Positions 9,408 through 20,065 of a stretch of 64,000 nt of DNA are shown in pieces. This DNA is from an uncultured bacterium. Its GTDB lineage: Bacteria; Zhuqueibacterota; QNDG01; DTFT01. The DNA is taken from assembly GCA_963736115.1 (NCBI GenBank), contig CAVTNR010000008.1:128001-192000 (forward strand), written 5' to 3'. Position numbers and translations under genes: made by a program. Under the pieces are notes generated by a model that was not told where the DNA came from, did no database searches, and saw only the letters and a program-made list of their open reading frames with translations. Each line of letters opens with the position of its first letter. The stretch's first letter is position 1.

Positions 9408-11210
9408 CTACCAGAAAATGATGTTCAGGATCACGAAGATCACGGCCACGACGCCCGCCCAGAAGATGGAACGCTTGTAGAACGGGAAATGGCCTTCCGA
9501 CGGAATCACGGTCTGGCCGTAGACCAGGCCGGTCAGTTCCTTGTCCGGTTTGGGTTTGGTCAGCAGGCTGACCACGACGGTGACGACCACGCAGATCACC
9601 CAGCACCAGAGCGCGCGGTACATGTTTTCGGCCATGTCCGAAATGGGCATTGTCGGTATGACCGTTCCGGCCGGAGCCGAAGCCTTCAGGGCCATCCAAT
9701 CCTGCATTTTGCCGTGCGCGGACGGAGAGAAGGCCATGTACGCCAGAAACGAGGCGTCCACGAACTTCACCCAGGCCCACATCCCGATCGACGACAGCGT
9801 GCCCGCGAGCAGTCCCCAGAATCCGCCGGCCGGGGTGGCCCGCTTCCAGAGCATGCCGAGGATCACCGTGCCGAACAGGGGCGCGATGAAGAAGCTGAAA
9901 AGCGCCTGCACGTAGTCCATGATGCTCTGGAACTGCATGACGAGATAGGCGGTGCCGATGCTGACCAGCACGCCGAGCAATAGTGCACCAACGGCCGACC
10001 TTCACGTAGTGCTGATCGCGATTTCTGCTTGGCCAGCGGACGGTAGATGTCGTAGGTCCACACGGTCGCGAACGCGCTTACGTTGCCGGCCATGCCCGAC
10101 ATGAAGCCCGCGATCAGCGCGGTGATGCCGAGGCCCAGCAGTCCGGGCCCGCAGTACCGCGCGAGCATGAGCGGGAGCACCTCGTTGTAGCTGTGGCCGC
10201 CGGTCGCGATCGCCTCCGCTTCCCCGACCAGCTTGAAGGGCAGAACACCGAGGCCCAGGAGTCCCGGAAGAATGACGATGAACGGGACGCACATCTTGAA
10301 CGCCGCGCCGATGATCGGCGCCAGCTTGGCGGATCGCAGGTCCTTCGCGGTCATCACGCGCTGGACGACCAGGAAGTCGGTCGTCCAGTAACCCATCGAG
10401 ATGATGGCGCCGAGGCCGAATACGATGCCGATCCAGTGGATGCCCATGGGATTGTCCGAGAAGGATCCCATGGTGCGCCAGAGATGGGTGTAGTCGCCGC
10501 CCGGGAAATTCTGGTGGATGCGGGCCACGAGTCCGTTCCAGCCGCCGGTCTCCACGAGGCCGACGATGGGGATCAGCAGGGCGCCGAGCCAGATGAGGAA
10601 GAACTGGAGCACCTCGTTGAAGATCGCGGAGAGCAGTCCGCCGAGCATGACGTAGGCGGCCACGGTGAGCGAAGACACCCAGATGCTGAAATGGATGTCC
10701 CAGCCGAGCACCACTTTCATCACGAGGGCCATGGAGTACATGTTGACGCCGCTCATGAAGACGGTCATGAGACCGAACGAGACGGCCGACAGCCGAGCGT
10801 GCCCCATTGCCGTACCGGAGCTGAAGATAGCCGGGAACGGAATGGGTCTTCGAGATGTAGTAGAACGGCATCATCACCACGGCGAGGAACAGCATCGCCG
10901 GAATGGCGCCGATCCAGTACCAGTGGGTGGCCAGGATGCCGTACTGGTAGGAGGCGGCCGCCCATCCCATCAGTTCGAGGGAGCCGAGGTTCGCGGCAAC
11001 GAAGCTCAGGCCCGCGACCCAGGCGGTCATCTCCCGTCCGGCCATGAAGAAATCCTCGCCGGTTTTCGTGTGCTTCTTGAGCATGACGCCGATTCCGATG
11101 ACCAGCAGAAAGTAGACGACGATGATGAGTACGTCGATGGTACTCATCTTCAGCAGCGACCCGGATGTTCCCAGGTTCGCCGCGGCGCAGAGTGCCAGGT
11201 GACCGATCAT
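9408..11210 (-). pseudogene. sodium:solute symporter, interrupted by about 3 frameshifts (pseudogene or sequencing error)
   Basis: FFMAGREM, YWTTDFLVVQR and TYDIY motifs spread over different frames; shifts near 10795, 10020 and 9980. Confidence 0.85.
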
Positions 11211-11265
11211 ACGCGGTTTCGCCTTCTTTTATGAGAGTGGGGGTGATGGGAAGCGAACTCCGGAC

Positions 11266-11294
11266 AATTTATAACGGTTCGGAGAGAATGTCAA
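11266..11294 (-). promoter_or_regulatory. sigma70-type promoter
   Basis: TTGACA-N17-TAAATT. Confidence 0.65.
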
Positions 11295-11481
11295 GTGGGA
11301 AATCGATTAAGGTAACGATGAAGGACACTGCCGCCCGCGCCGGGTATCGCAAGTAACTTGAACGATGGACGCCGCCCGATTAAAAAGCGGTTGATTTCGA
11401 GTAAAACTTTAATAAATTGCGTCATATTATGGAGTTGCCCTTTCAGCGTTTCATTCCCGGATTTTCAGTTCGAGGTCAGAT

Positions 11482-14400
11482 ATGAAGCGTACGCTTCGCG
11501 CAGTCGCGGGAATCCTATTCGCGGTCGCTGTGTTATTATCCTGCGGCCGTGGCACGCCCGACTCGTCCCTGGCGCTCCGGCCGGATCGGCTCCGGTGCGA
11601 ATCTTTGCGGAATCCCGAGGGTATTTCGGAACCCGCGCCCAGGCTGTCCTGGTCCCTGGCCAGCGCGGCCCGCGGACGTTATCAGACCGCTTTTCGCATT
11701 CTTGCGGCCGCTTCCATGGAAGCGCTCCGGCAGGACCGGGGCGATGTCTGGGACTCGGGGCAGGTCCCGGCCGTCCGAACGGCTTCCGCGGTCTACGCGG
11801 GCCGTCCGCTTCAGAGCGGCGAACCCGTGTACTGGAAGGTCAAGGTCTGGGACAGGGACGGAAGTGAATCGGACTGGAGCGATCCGGCCTTCTGGATGAC
11901 CGGGCCGCTGGGATCCTTCCGGTGGAAAGCGGACTGGATCGGCATGGAAAAGCCCCTGGCCGGGGACAACCCGGCAGGGCCGCGGCCGCGCTGCTCCGCG
12001 AGGATGCTCCGAAAGGAATTCGACGTCCCGGCCGGCCTGAAACGGGCCGTCGTGTTCTACAGCGGACTCGGGCTGAGCGTGCTCAGCCTGAACGGCCGGC
12101 GGGTCGGGGACGAGGTGCTGTCGCCGCCGCTTTCGGATTATTCGAAACGCGTGACCACGGTCACGCACGACGTCACGCCCCACTGCATCCCCGGCCGCAA
12201 CGCGATCGGCGTCATGCTCGGCAACGGCCGCTATTTTCCGCCCAGACCAGACGGAGGCGGAGGTCCTCCGCCGTATCCCAAACTCATTCTGCACCTCCGG
12301 CTTGAATTGGAGGACGGTTCGATCCGTGAAATCGTCAGCGACACGACCTGGACCCTCACCGCGTCCGGACCGATCACGGCAAACAATGAATTCGACGGGG
12401 AATTCCACGACAGCCGCAGGGAAATACAGGGATGGGACAGCCCCGGATTCGACGATTCCGGCTGGATGTCCGCCCGCCGGGTGACCGGCCCGTCCGGCCG
12501 CCTGACCGGCAGGCCCATCGCGCCGATGCGGGTGATCCGGACCCTGAAGCCGGTTCGGCAGACGGCCGGCCCGAAGGGCGCTTTTATCTGCGATATGGGC
12601 GAAAACGTCGCGGGATGGGCGCGAATCACCCTGCGTAAGCCGGCGTCCGGCGCCGCGGTTCGGCTCCGTTTCGCCGAGACCCTGAGGCCGGACGGGGAGC
12701 TTGACACCCGGAACCTGCGCACCGCGCTTGCCGAGGACATGTACATCTCCCGGGGAGACAGCGTCGAGACTTGGGAGCCGAAATTCACCATACACGGATT
12801 CCGGTATGTGGAGGTCTCCGCGGCCCGGGGCTGTGAGCTGGACTCTTCGAGCATCGAGGGCCGCGTCGTGCACGACGACGTCGAGCTCGTCGGCTCTTTC
12901 ACATGCTCGAGCCCGGTGGTGAACCGCACCTTCCGCAATGCCGTGCGCGGCATTCTCGGCAATTACCGGAGCATGCCCACGGACTGCCCCCAGCGCGACG
13001 AGCGTCAGGGCTGGCTCGGCGACCGGCTTGCGTCCTCGCTCGGGGAAAGCTATGTCGCGGACGTGCACGCCCTGTACACGAAATGGATGGACGACATCCG
13101 CGACAGCCAAACGGAAACGGGATCCATTCCCGACGTCGCCCCGCCTTTCTGGAAAGTGTACACAGACAATGTTTCCTGGCCCGGCGCCTATATCTTTTTC
13201 GGCGACATGCTCCGGGTCCAGTACGGCGATTCGCTGATCGTGCGGCGCCATTATCCCGCCATGGCGGCCTGGATGCGGCACATGAAGCGATATCTGTCCG
13301 GCGGCCTGATGCTCAAGGACACCTACGGCGACTGGTGCGCGCCGCCGGAATCGCCCGGTCTCATCCACACGGCCGATCCGGCGCGCATCACCCCGCCCGG
13401 CCTCATCGGCACTGCGCTGTACTGCGGGGAGGCGGAACTCATGCGGTCGTTCGCGCACCTGACGGACGCTCCGGACGACGCCCGGGAGTGGGCCGAACTC
13501 GCGAAGGACCTGCGGGAGGCACTGAACAGCCGGGTGTGGGACGCGGCCGGGCGCACATACGGAAACGGTTCGGTCACCTCCAACCTGCTCCCGCTGGGTC
13601 TCGGGCTGGCGCCGGAACAGGCGGCCAAAGAGGCGATGGCGCGCATTCTGGAGCGCATCCTGGGCGATTATGACGGCCACACGGCCGTCGGCCTGGTCGG
13701 CAGCCAGTGGCTGATGCGCACCCTGAGCCGGAACGGCAGGCCGGACGTCGCGCTCCTTCTCGCGGAAAACACGACCTACCCGAGCTGGGGGTACATGGCC
13801 GAGAAGGGCGCGACCACGATATGGGAACTGTGGAACGGGGACACCGCCGATCCCTCCATGAATTCCGGCAACCACGTCATGCTGCTCGGAGACTTCATCC
13901 CCTGGCTTTTCGAGGACGCGGCCGGCATTCGGCCCGACCCGCTCCTGCCCGGGTTCAGGCACATTCTCATGCGGCCCATGCCCGCGGCCGGACTGACTTC
14001 GGCCCGCGCCTCGCTCGAGTCGCCGAACGGCCTGATTGTCAGCGACTGGCGAATGGCGGACGGACGCTTCGAATGGTCCGTCGAAGTGCCGCCGAACGCG
14101 GAAGCCGAGGTTTTCGTGCCCGCGGCATCCGAAAAGGACGTGCGTGAGGGGGGGAGGCCGGCCGGGAAGTCAGAGGGCGTCCGGTTCGTCCGGATGGAAA
14201 ACGGCCGCGCGGTGTTCGCGGTCGGTTCCGGCAAATACCGCTTCACGTCCGCAAGCGCGGCGCCGGCCGGTCCGGCCAAGACTGCGGTCTCGACGCCCGC
14301 GATCCATCCCTCCGACACTTCCATCGCCGTGCCGGGAACCGCACAAATCCGAATGGAATGCCGCACACCGGGCGCGGAGATCCGGTACACGCTTGACGGT

Positions 14401-14964
14401 TCCGACCCCGACAGCCGGTCTCCCCTGTACGCCGAGCCCTTCGAGACCGACAGTCCGGTTCTCGTGTCAGCGGCCGCTTTCAAACCGGGAATGGAGCGGA
14501 GCTATATCCGGCGATCCCGCATCGACGTGTACCGCCCCGAATCCCACGGCTTGTCCTGTTCCCTGTACGAGGGATTCTGGAACGCGCTTCCGGATTTCAG
14601 CCGGCTCCGGCCGCGCCGGACCGTGTCGCCCGCGGGGATCAGCCTGAACGCGGTTCCGCGTCCTGCGGACGGTTTCGGCCTGGTGTTCACGGGATTTCTG
14701 AACGCGACCGCTGAGGGGGATTACCGCTTTCGCCTCCTTTCGGACGACGGCAGCCGGCTTGATGTGGACGGCAGGACCGTGGTTTCGAATGATTCGGTGC
14801 ACGATGTCTCCGAGGCCTCGGGTTCGGTGCGGCTGTCCAAAGGCCGGCACAGCGTGCGGCTGGAGTACTTCGATGCTCGGGGCGGCGAGTCTCTGCGTCT
14901 CGACTGGGAAGGGCCCGGCATCCCGGCGGGCCGGGTGCCCCGGTCCGTCCTGTCCCCGAAGTAA
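11482..14964 (+). CDS. GH78 alpha-L-rhamnosidase lipoprotein with Fn3-associated and PA14 domains
   Basis: Lipobox LLSC; PTDCPQRDERQGWLGD; ATTIWELW; MNSGNH; IRYTLDGSDP; SDDGSRL (PA14). Confidence 0.93.
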   Translation: MKRTLRAVAGILFAVAVLLSCGRGTPDSSLALRPDRLRCESLRNPEGISEPAPRLSWSLASAARGRYQTAFRILAAASMEALRQDRGDVWDSGQVPAVRTASAVYAGRPLQSGEPVYWKVKVWDRDGSESDWSDPAFWMTGPLGSFRWKADWIGMEKPLAGDNPAGPRPRCSARMLRKEFDVPAGLKRAVVFYSGLGLSVLSLNGRRVGDEVLSPPLSDYSKRVTTVTHDVTPHCIPGRNAIGVMLGNGRYFPPRPDGGGGPPPYPKLILHLRLELEDGSIREIVSDTTWTLTASGPITANNEFDGEFHDSRREIQGWDSPGFDDSGWMSARRVTGPSGRLTGRPIAPMRVIRTLKPVRQTAGPKGAFICDMGENVAGWARITLRKPASGAAVRLRFAETLRPDGELDTRNLRTALAEDMYISRGDSVETWEPKFTIHGFRYVEVSAARGCELDSSSIEGRVVHDDVELVGSFTCSSPVVNRTFRNAVRGILGNYRSMPTDCPQRDERQGWLGDRLASSLGESYVADVHALYTKWMDDIRDSQTETGSIPDVAPPFWKVYTDNVSWPGAYIFFGDMLRVQYGDSLIVRRHYPAMAAWMRHMKRYLSGGLMLKDTYGDWCAPPESPGLIHTADPARITPPGLIGTALYCGEAELMRSFAHLTDAPDDAREWAELAKDLREALNSRVWDAAGRTYGNGSVTSNLLPLGLGLAPEQAAKEAMARILERILGDYDGHTAVGLVGSQWLMRTLSRNGRPDVALLLAENTTYPSWGYMAEKGATTIWELWNGDTADPSMNSGNHVMLLGDFIPWLFEDAAGIRPDPLLPGFRHILMRPMPAAGLTSARASLESPNGLIVSDWRMADGRFEWSVEVPPNAEAEVFVPAASEKDVREGGRPAGKSEGVRFVRMENGRAVFAVGSGKYRFTSASAAPAGPAKTAVSTPAIHPSDTSIAVPGTAQIRMECRTPGAEIRYTLDGSDPDSRSPLYAEPFETDSPVLVSAAAFKPGMERSYIRRSRIDVYRPESHGLSCSLYEGFWNALPDFSRLRPRRTVSPAGISLNAVPRPADGFGLVFTGFLNATAEGDYRFRLLSDDGSRLDVDGRTVVSNDSVHDVSEASGSVRLSKGRHSVRLEYFDARGGESLRLDWEGPGIPAGRVPRSVLSPK

Positions 14965-14970
14965 GCGTGT

Positions 14971-16575
14971 TTGATAAGGACGGCCGTCATGCGGAGACTT
15001 CACATTCCGAAAATCGTCCGGCTCGCGACAGCCGTTCTGCTGGTGCCGGTCTTCCTCTACACCGCGTTTCAGCTCATCCAGCGGGGACGGGAGGAGGACC
15101 TCATCCGGAGTATTTACGAGCGCCAGCTCGAAAGCCTGCTGTTCTCCGTGAACCAGCACTGCTGGGACTCTGTCCGCGCCATGGAATCGGAACTCGCCGC
15201 CGGCCTCGAAGCCCCGGAGGGCCGCAACTCCCTGGACCGTTTTTTCTTCCGGCACCCGGTCGCGGTCGGCGCGTTCGCCGCCGGATCCGGCGGCGCCGGC
15301 ATCCGGATCTGGTGGAACGGCGGGCCGGAGGACGCTTCCGGAACGCCGCGGCCGGATGCGGGCCGATGCATCCTCGAAGCCCTGCGGCCGGAGCAGGCCG
15401 AACTGGATAAGCGCACGGACCGGGCGAGGGAGGGATACACCAAGCCCCTGACGATCCCTTGGCCGGGCGATGACGGCCGTCCGCTCAGCCTGCTCTTCTT
15501 TCCGTCCGTTTCGGACCGGCGCACGGGCTTTCACGGCTTCATTCTGGACGACGGCCAGTTCGCGGTCGAAGTGGTCGGACGCAAGTTCACGGAAATGGAC
15601 GAGGCCGATCTGGTGTTCGGCGTGCGGCGGAGGGAAAGCGGCGCGCTCCTCACCCGGACCCAGGACGCGGGCGCGGTGTCGTTCGAAAAGAACGAGCCGC
15701 TCTGGGTTCTGCCCCATCTCGACCTGGTCACGGCCATCCGCGGGAAAACAATCGCCGAAATTTCCCGCGTCCGGACGCGGGTGAATCTCGCCTTTCTGGC
15801 GCTTGTGAACGTCATCCTGATTCTCGGGTCGGCCGCGCTGATCCGGAACATGACGCGTGAAATCCGGCTGGCGCAGATGAAAACCGATTTTGTGGCCAGC
15901 GTGTCGCACGACCTGCGCACGCCCCTCTCGCTCATCCGGATGTACGCCGAAACACTGGAGCTGGGCCGGGTGCGGGGCGAGGACCGGAAACGGGAATACC
16001 ACCGCACCATCGTGGCGGAAGCCTCGCGGCTCACGCGCCTCATCAACAACATCCTCGACTTTTCCCGCATGGAGTCGAAGCGCAAGGAGTTCCGGCCGGT
16101 CCGCACCCGTCTTCAGCCGGTCGCGGCCGAGGTGGCCGGGATGTACGAATTCCACATGAAACAGATGAACGCGACGCTGAACCTGGACGTGGACCCGGAC
16201 GTGCCGGAAATCGACGCGGACCCGGAAATGGTCACGCAGGCTCTGGTCAACCTCATCGACAACGCCGTGAAATTCAGCCCGGAGCCGAAGTGGATCCGGG
16301 TGGCCCTGTCACACGACGCGTCGGGCGCCCTGCTGTCCGTCGAGGACCGCGGCCCGGGCATCCCCGAGGCGGAACAGAAGCGCGTGTTCGACAAGTTCTA
16401 CCGCGTCGGGCGGGCCGGATCCGGCGCGCCGCACGGCAGCGGGCTCGGGCTCAGCCTGGTGAAGCACGTCATGAACCTCCACCGCGGACAGGTCCGGCTC
16501 CGGAGCCGGACGGGGGAGGGAAGCCTGTTCACGCTGGTTTTTCCGTTTCCAGCCAAGACCCACGGAGGCGTATGA
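14971..16575 (+). CDS. membrane sensor histidine kinase
   Basis: Two TMs; SHDLRTPL; NLIDNAVKF; DRGPGI; GSGLGL. Confidence 0.93.
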   Translation: MIRTAVMRRLHIPKIVRLATAVLLVPVFLYTAFQLIQRGREEDLIRSIYERQLESLLFSVNQHCWDSVRAMESELAAGLEAPEGRNSLDRFFFRHPVAVGAFAAGSGGAGIRIWWNGGPEDASGTPRPDAGRCILEALRPEQAELDKRTDRAREGYTKPLTIPWPGDDGRPLSLLFFPSVSDRRTGFHGFILDDGQFAVEVVGRKFTEMDEADLVFGVRRRESGALLTRTQDAGAVSFEKNEPLWVLPHLDLVTAIRGKTIAEISRVRTRVNLAFLALVNVILILGSAALIRNMTREIRLAQMKTDFVASVSHDLRTPLSLIRMYAETLELGRVRGEDRKREYHRTIVAEASRLTRLINNILDFSRMESKRKEFRPVRTRLQPVAAEVAGMYEFHMKQMNATLNLDVDPDVPEIDADPEMVTQALVNLIDNAVKFSPEPKWIRVALSHDASGALLSVEDRGPGIPEAEQKRVFDKFYRVGRAGSGAPHGSGLGLSLVKHVMNLHRGQVRLRSRTGEGSLFTLVFPFPAKTHGGV

Positions 16576-17252
16576 GCCGAATACTCATCGTCGAGGACGA
16601 GAAGAAAATGGCCGAGGGAATCCGGGACAACCTGGAATTCGAGGGTCATTCGGTGCGCATTGTCGACACCGGAGAGAAATGTCTGGAAGCCGTCCAGTCC
16701 GATCCGCCGGACCTCATCCTGCTCGACGTCATGCTTCCGAAAATGTCCGGATTCGACGTCTGCAAGGCCCTGCGGCAGAAAAAGATACGCACGCCCGTCA
16801 TCATGCTGACGGCCAAGGGCCAGGAGATCGACAAGGTGCTGGGGCTCGAGCTCGGCGCGGATGACTACATCACCAAGCCATTCAGCCTGCGAGAGCTGAT
16901 CTCGCGCATCAAAGCCGTGCTCCGCAGGAGCAGTCCGGACCGCGAAGCGCCGGGTGTGTGCAAAATCGGCCTGCTCGAGGTGGACTTCGGCCGGTACACG
17001 GCCACGGACGCGAAGGGGCCGGTGGATCTGTCGCACAAGGAATTCGAACTGCTCCGGTATTTTCTCGAGCACGCCGGACAGATCGTCAACCGGGACCAGC
17101 TGCTCGACCGCGTCTGGGGGTACGACATTTACCCGAATTCCAGGACCGTGGACAACTTCATCGTCCGCCTGCGCAAGAAAATCGAGTCCAATCCCTCCCA
17201 GCCGAGACACCTGCTGACCGTGCACGGGTTCGGGTACAAGCTTGTCTTGTAG
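16572..17252 (+). CDS. OmpR-family response regulator
   Basis: ILIVEDE, LLDVMLP, KPF, RTVDNFIVRLRKKIE; ATGA overlap with the kinase. Confidence 0.95.
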   Translation: MSRILIVEDEKKMAEGIRDNLEFEGHSVRIVDTGEKCLEAVQSDPPDLILLDVMLPKMSGFDVCKALRQKKIRTPVIMLTAKGQEIDKVLGLELGADDYITKPFSLRELISRIKAVLRRSSPDREAPGVCKIGLLEVDFGRYTATDAKGPVDLSHKEFELLRYFLEHAGQIVNRDQLLDRVWGYDIYPNSRTVDNFIVRLRKKIESNPSQPRHLLTVHGFGYKLVL

Positions 17253-17270
17253 GTCGACTGGGATCAAAAA

Positions 17271-17497
17271 AGTTCATGGTTCATGGTTCATAGTTCATAG
17301 TTTAATGAAAATGGGAGCGGGTCCGATATGCCCGCATCTTTTTGCGGGCCATCGGACAAATCCATGAAGATGTCCGAAAGCCTCGTCCGCTTCACGGTTT
17401 CGGCCGCTTCACGGTTTCGGCCGCTTCGCGGCCTCAACATTTCGGACCTACAACTATGAACCATGAACTATGAACTATGAACTATGAACTGTGAACT
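17271..17497. repeat. composite repeat: (GTTCATR)n arm, inverted REP pair, inverted (YATGAAC)n arm
   Basis: Heptamer arrays at 17271-17302 and 17452-17497; GTCCGA...TCGGAC palindromes at 17321-17358 and 17371-17452. Confidence 0.85.
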
Positions 17498-17521
17498 CTT
17501 GACCGCCTGCGACGGGCAAGC

Positions 17522-17560
17522 TGTTACATTATTATACACAACCGTGACACGCGTGATACG
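17522..17560 (+). promoter_or_regulatory. possible OmpR-type direct-repeat operator
   Basis: TTACA / ATACA / TGACA / TGATA at roughly 9-11 bp spacing upstream of the jelly-roll gene. Confidence 0.35.
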
Positions 17561-17664
17561 GAAACCGCTTACTTTTAAGGGCTTTCGCGCGTACCGGTCC
17601 GAAGGCGGAAAAAGAGGGGCCTGCGCCGGTCCGCTGTTGAGAACCTGACACCGGAAAATCCGAA

Positions 17665-18693
17665 ATGCTTTTTCACCGACATCTTCCATTCCGTTCCTCC
17701 GCGACCCTGTCCGGGATTCTCCTGCTGTCCGCGGTGTCGGCGCTGCGCGGCCAGGATTTCAGATGTGAACTGGATTTCAGCGGACCGTGGAAATTCGAGA
17801 TCCGGGACGACCCGCGGTTCGCGGATCCTTCGTACGACGATTCCGGCTGGGAGACGGTCAAGGTGCCCGACCTCTGGGAAAACCACGGTTTTCCGGGTTA
17901 CGACGGTTACGCCTGGTACAGGCTTGAGTTCGAGGTTTCCACTTCCCTGAAAAACCGTCCCCTGTTCCTGAAGCTGGGCGCCATCGACGACATCGACCGG
18001 ACCTACCTGAACGGCGTGCTGGTCGGCGGCCAGGGCGAATTTCCGCCGCAGGTCAAGACAGCCTGGAACGTCAAGCGCATGTACCGCGTTCCGCCCGAAT
18101 GCGTCCGGTACGGCGGCCGGAACGTGCTGGCCGTGCGGGTGTACGACCTGTGGATGGGCGGCGGCATCGTGGAAGGCGAGGTTGGTCTGTTTTCCAAGAT
18201 CAAGAACCCCGAGCTCGACCATCCGCTGCACAGGGGCTGGAAATTCGCGACCGGCGACGGCCCGGCCAGGGCCGCGGTCGAATTCGACGACTCGAAATGG
18301 GAGACCGTGGACCTGCCCGCCTACTGGGAGTCATGCGGCCACCCGGACTACAACGGATTCGCGTGGTACCGGAAAACGTTCGAGATTCCCGCGGAACTGG
18401 CCGCGGAGAAACTCATTCTACTGCTCGGCCGCATCGACGACGCGGACCAGACCTATCTCAACGGCGTGATGATCGGCCAGACCGGCCGCATCAAACTCGA
18501 AGAGGAAGCCTGGTGGGGCTCCTACATGGCCGAGCGCGCCTATTACCTGCCCGATGACCTGCTGAGGCGCGGCAAACCGAATGTCATCGCGGTCCGCGTT
18601 CTCGACACGGGCGCGGGGGGCGGCGTCTATCAGGGCCCGGTCGGCATCATGACGCGCCAAAAATACCTGCGTTACCAGAACCGCGGCAGATAA
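17665..18693 (+). CDS. secreted protein with tandem beta-galactosidase jelly-roll (sugar-binding) domains
   Basis: Two repeats of WKF..GD..DDS.WETV..P..WE..G..Y.G.AWYR..LG.IDD.D.TYLNGV..N..AVRV.D. Confidence 0.85.
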   Translation: MLFHRHLPFRSSATLSGILLLSAVSALRGQDFRCELDFSGPWKFEIRDDPRFADPSYDDSGWETVKVPDLWENHGFPGYDGYAWYRLEFEVSTSLKNRPLFLKLGAIDDIDRTYLNGVLVGGQGEFPPQVKTAWNVKRMYRVPPECVRYGGRNVLAVRVYDLWMGGGIVEGEVGLFSKIKNPELDHPLHRGWKFATGDGPARAAVEFDDSKWETVDLPAYWESCGHPDYNGFAWYRKTFEIPAELAAEKLILLLGRIDDADQTYLNGVMIGQTGRIKLEEEAWWGSYMAERAYYLPDDLLRRGKPNVIAVRVLDTGAGGGVYQGPVGIMTRQKYLRYQNRGR

Positions 18694-18706
18694 ATCCACC
18701 CTCCCC

Positions 18707-19729
18707 ATGATCCGGCTCAGGATCCTCTCCCCCAGACGCTCCACGGACCGGCATTTCCGGTTCAGGCGGCCCGGTCTTTTCCGCTTCCGCGTATCGGAAG
18801 AGGAATGGACGGATGCCGTCCGCGGGCGCGTCATTCCGGTTCGTCTCTACCGACCGGTTTCCGCTCCGGGCCCGAGGCCGGCCGTGTTCTTCTCGCACGG
18901 GCTGGGCGGCTCCGCGGATTCATACGATTATCTCGGACGGCACTGGGCCGGTCACGGATTCCTGTCCGTTCATCCCGTGCACGCGGGCACGGATAACCGC
19001 ATTTTTACCGGCCCCCTGGATGCGGCCGAAGCCATGCGGCGTGCCGCGGCCGATCCCGGACAATGGCTGTCGCGGCCGGAGGACATCCGGTTCTGCGCGG
19101 ACCGGATGTTGCGGATGTCCGCCGATCCTTCCTCCCCCTGGCGCGGGAGCGTCGATCCGGAACGGCTCGCGGCAGCGGGCCATTCAATGGGCGCCACCAC
19201 GGCGCAGGCCTGCGCGGGCCGTCTGCTTCGCGACGGGGCAGGGAACCCGCGGGGTTTCAGGGATGAGAGAATGCGCGTCTGCCTCGCCCTGAGCCCCTCT
19301 TCAGGGGGGCCTGAGCTTGCGGCCGGGGAGTACGGAGATTTCCGTGTTCCCTGCATTCACATGACCGGAACGCGGGACGCCAGCCCGATCGGCGGCACGC
19401 GGCTGGAACACAGGCGGGTGCCCTATGACGCCATCCGAAGCGGCGACCAGTTTCTGGTGACCTTCCGGGATCTGGATCACATGGCCTTCACGGAGCGCAG
19501 GCGTTCGGCTGACCGCGTCCGGCCGAGACGTCCTCTCTTTCGGAATTATTTTGCCGGAAAGAGGGATGGGCGGACCGTTCAAATCCAGGCGTTTCACGAA
19601 GGCATCCGGGCCGCGGCCACCGCTTTTCTGTGCGCGTTCCTGGCAGGCGAAGTTGATACGGCCGAGTGGCTTCGGTCCGGCGGGCTGGCGGAGCTTCTCG
19701 GAGACGCGGCTGCGGTGGAGATGAAGTGA
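18707..19729 (+). CDS. alpha/beta hydrolase (dienelactone hydrolase/PAF-AH-like)
   Basis: FSHGLGG, RPEDI, GHSMG, GTRD, DHMAF. Confidence 0.8.
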   Translation: MIRLRILSPRRSTDRHFRFRRPGLFRFRVSEEEWTDAVRGRVIPVRLYRPVSAPGPRPAVFFSHGLGGSADSYDYLGRHWAGHGFLSVHPVHAGTDNRIFTGPLDAAEAMRRAAADPGQWLSRPEDIRFCADRMLRMSADPSSPWRGSVDPERLAAAGHSMGATTAQACAGRLLRDGAGNPRGFRDERMRVCLALSPSSGGPELAAGEYGDFRVPCIHMTGTRDASPIGGTRLEHRRVPYDAIRSGDQFLVTFRDLDHMAFTERRRSADRVRPRRPLFRNYFAGKRDGRTVQIQAFHEGIRAAATAFLCAFLAGEVDTAEWLRSGGLAELLGDAAAVEMK

Positions 19730-19945
19730 CGGACTCCGGATAAAAAAAATGGAAGACGGATTGAACGGATGCCGTCGCAATGCGGGACCCATCGATGAAA
19801 CTTTTATGAGCACTGAAGGCTGGCGGCGCGGAATGACACGGATAAAGAATGGGGATGGGGTTATTCGATGATTCGGTTCCGTTCAAACTCCGCCTGGTAT
19901 GAACGAATGGAGCAAGGACGGACTTTCAGAGCCGCGAAGTCAGGG

Positions 19946-19968
19946 TAGCCGCACCCTTCAGGGTGCGT
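19946..19968 (+). repeat. GTAG-type REP palindrome
   Basis: GTAGCCGCACCCTTCAGGGTGCG; related to the interrupted copy at 49542-49610 and the hairpin near 9071-9097. Confidence 0.55.
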
Positions 19969-20065
19969 GTTAAAAAAACGAATCTCATTGCTTTGCTCCC
20001 GCGTTGCGTGGAATAAGTGAGCGATCAGATTCATAGGATGAATGTTTTAAACCAGAGGTCGGAGT

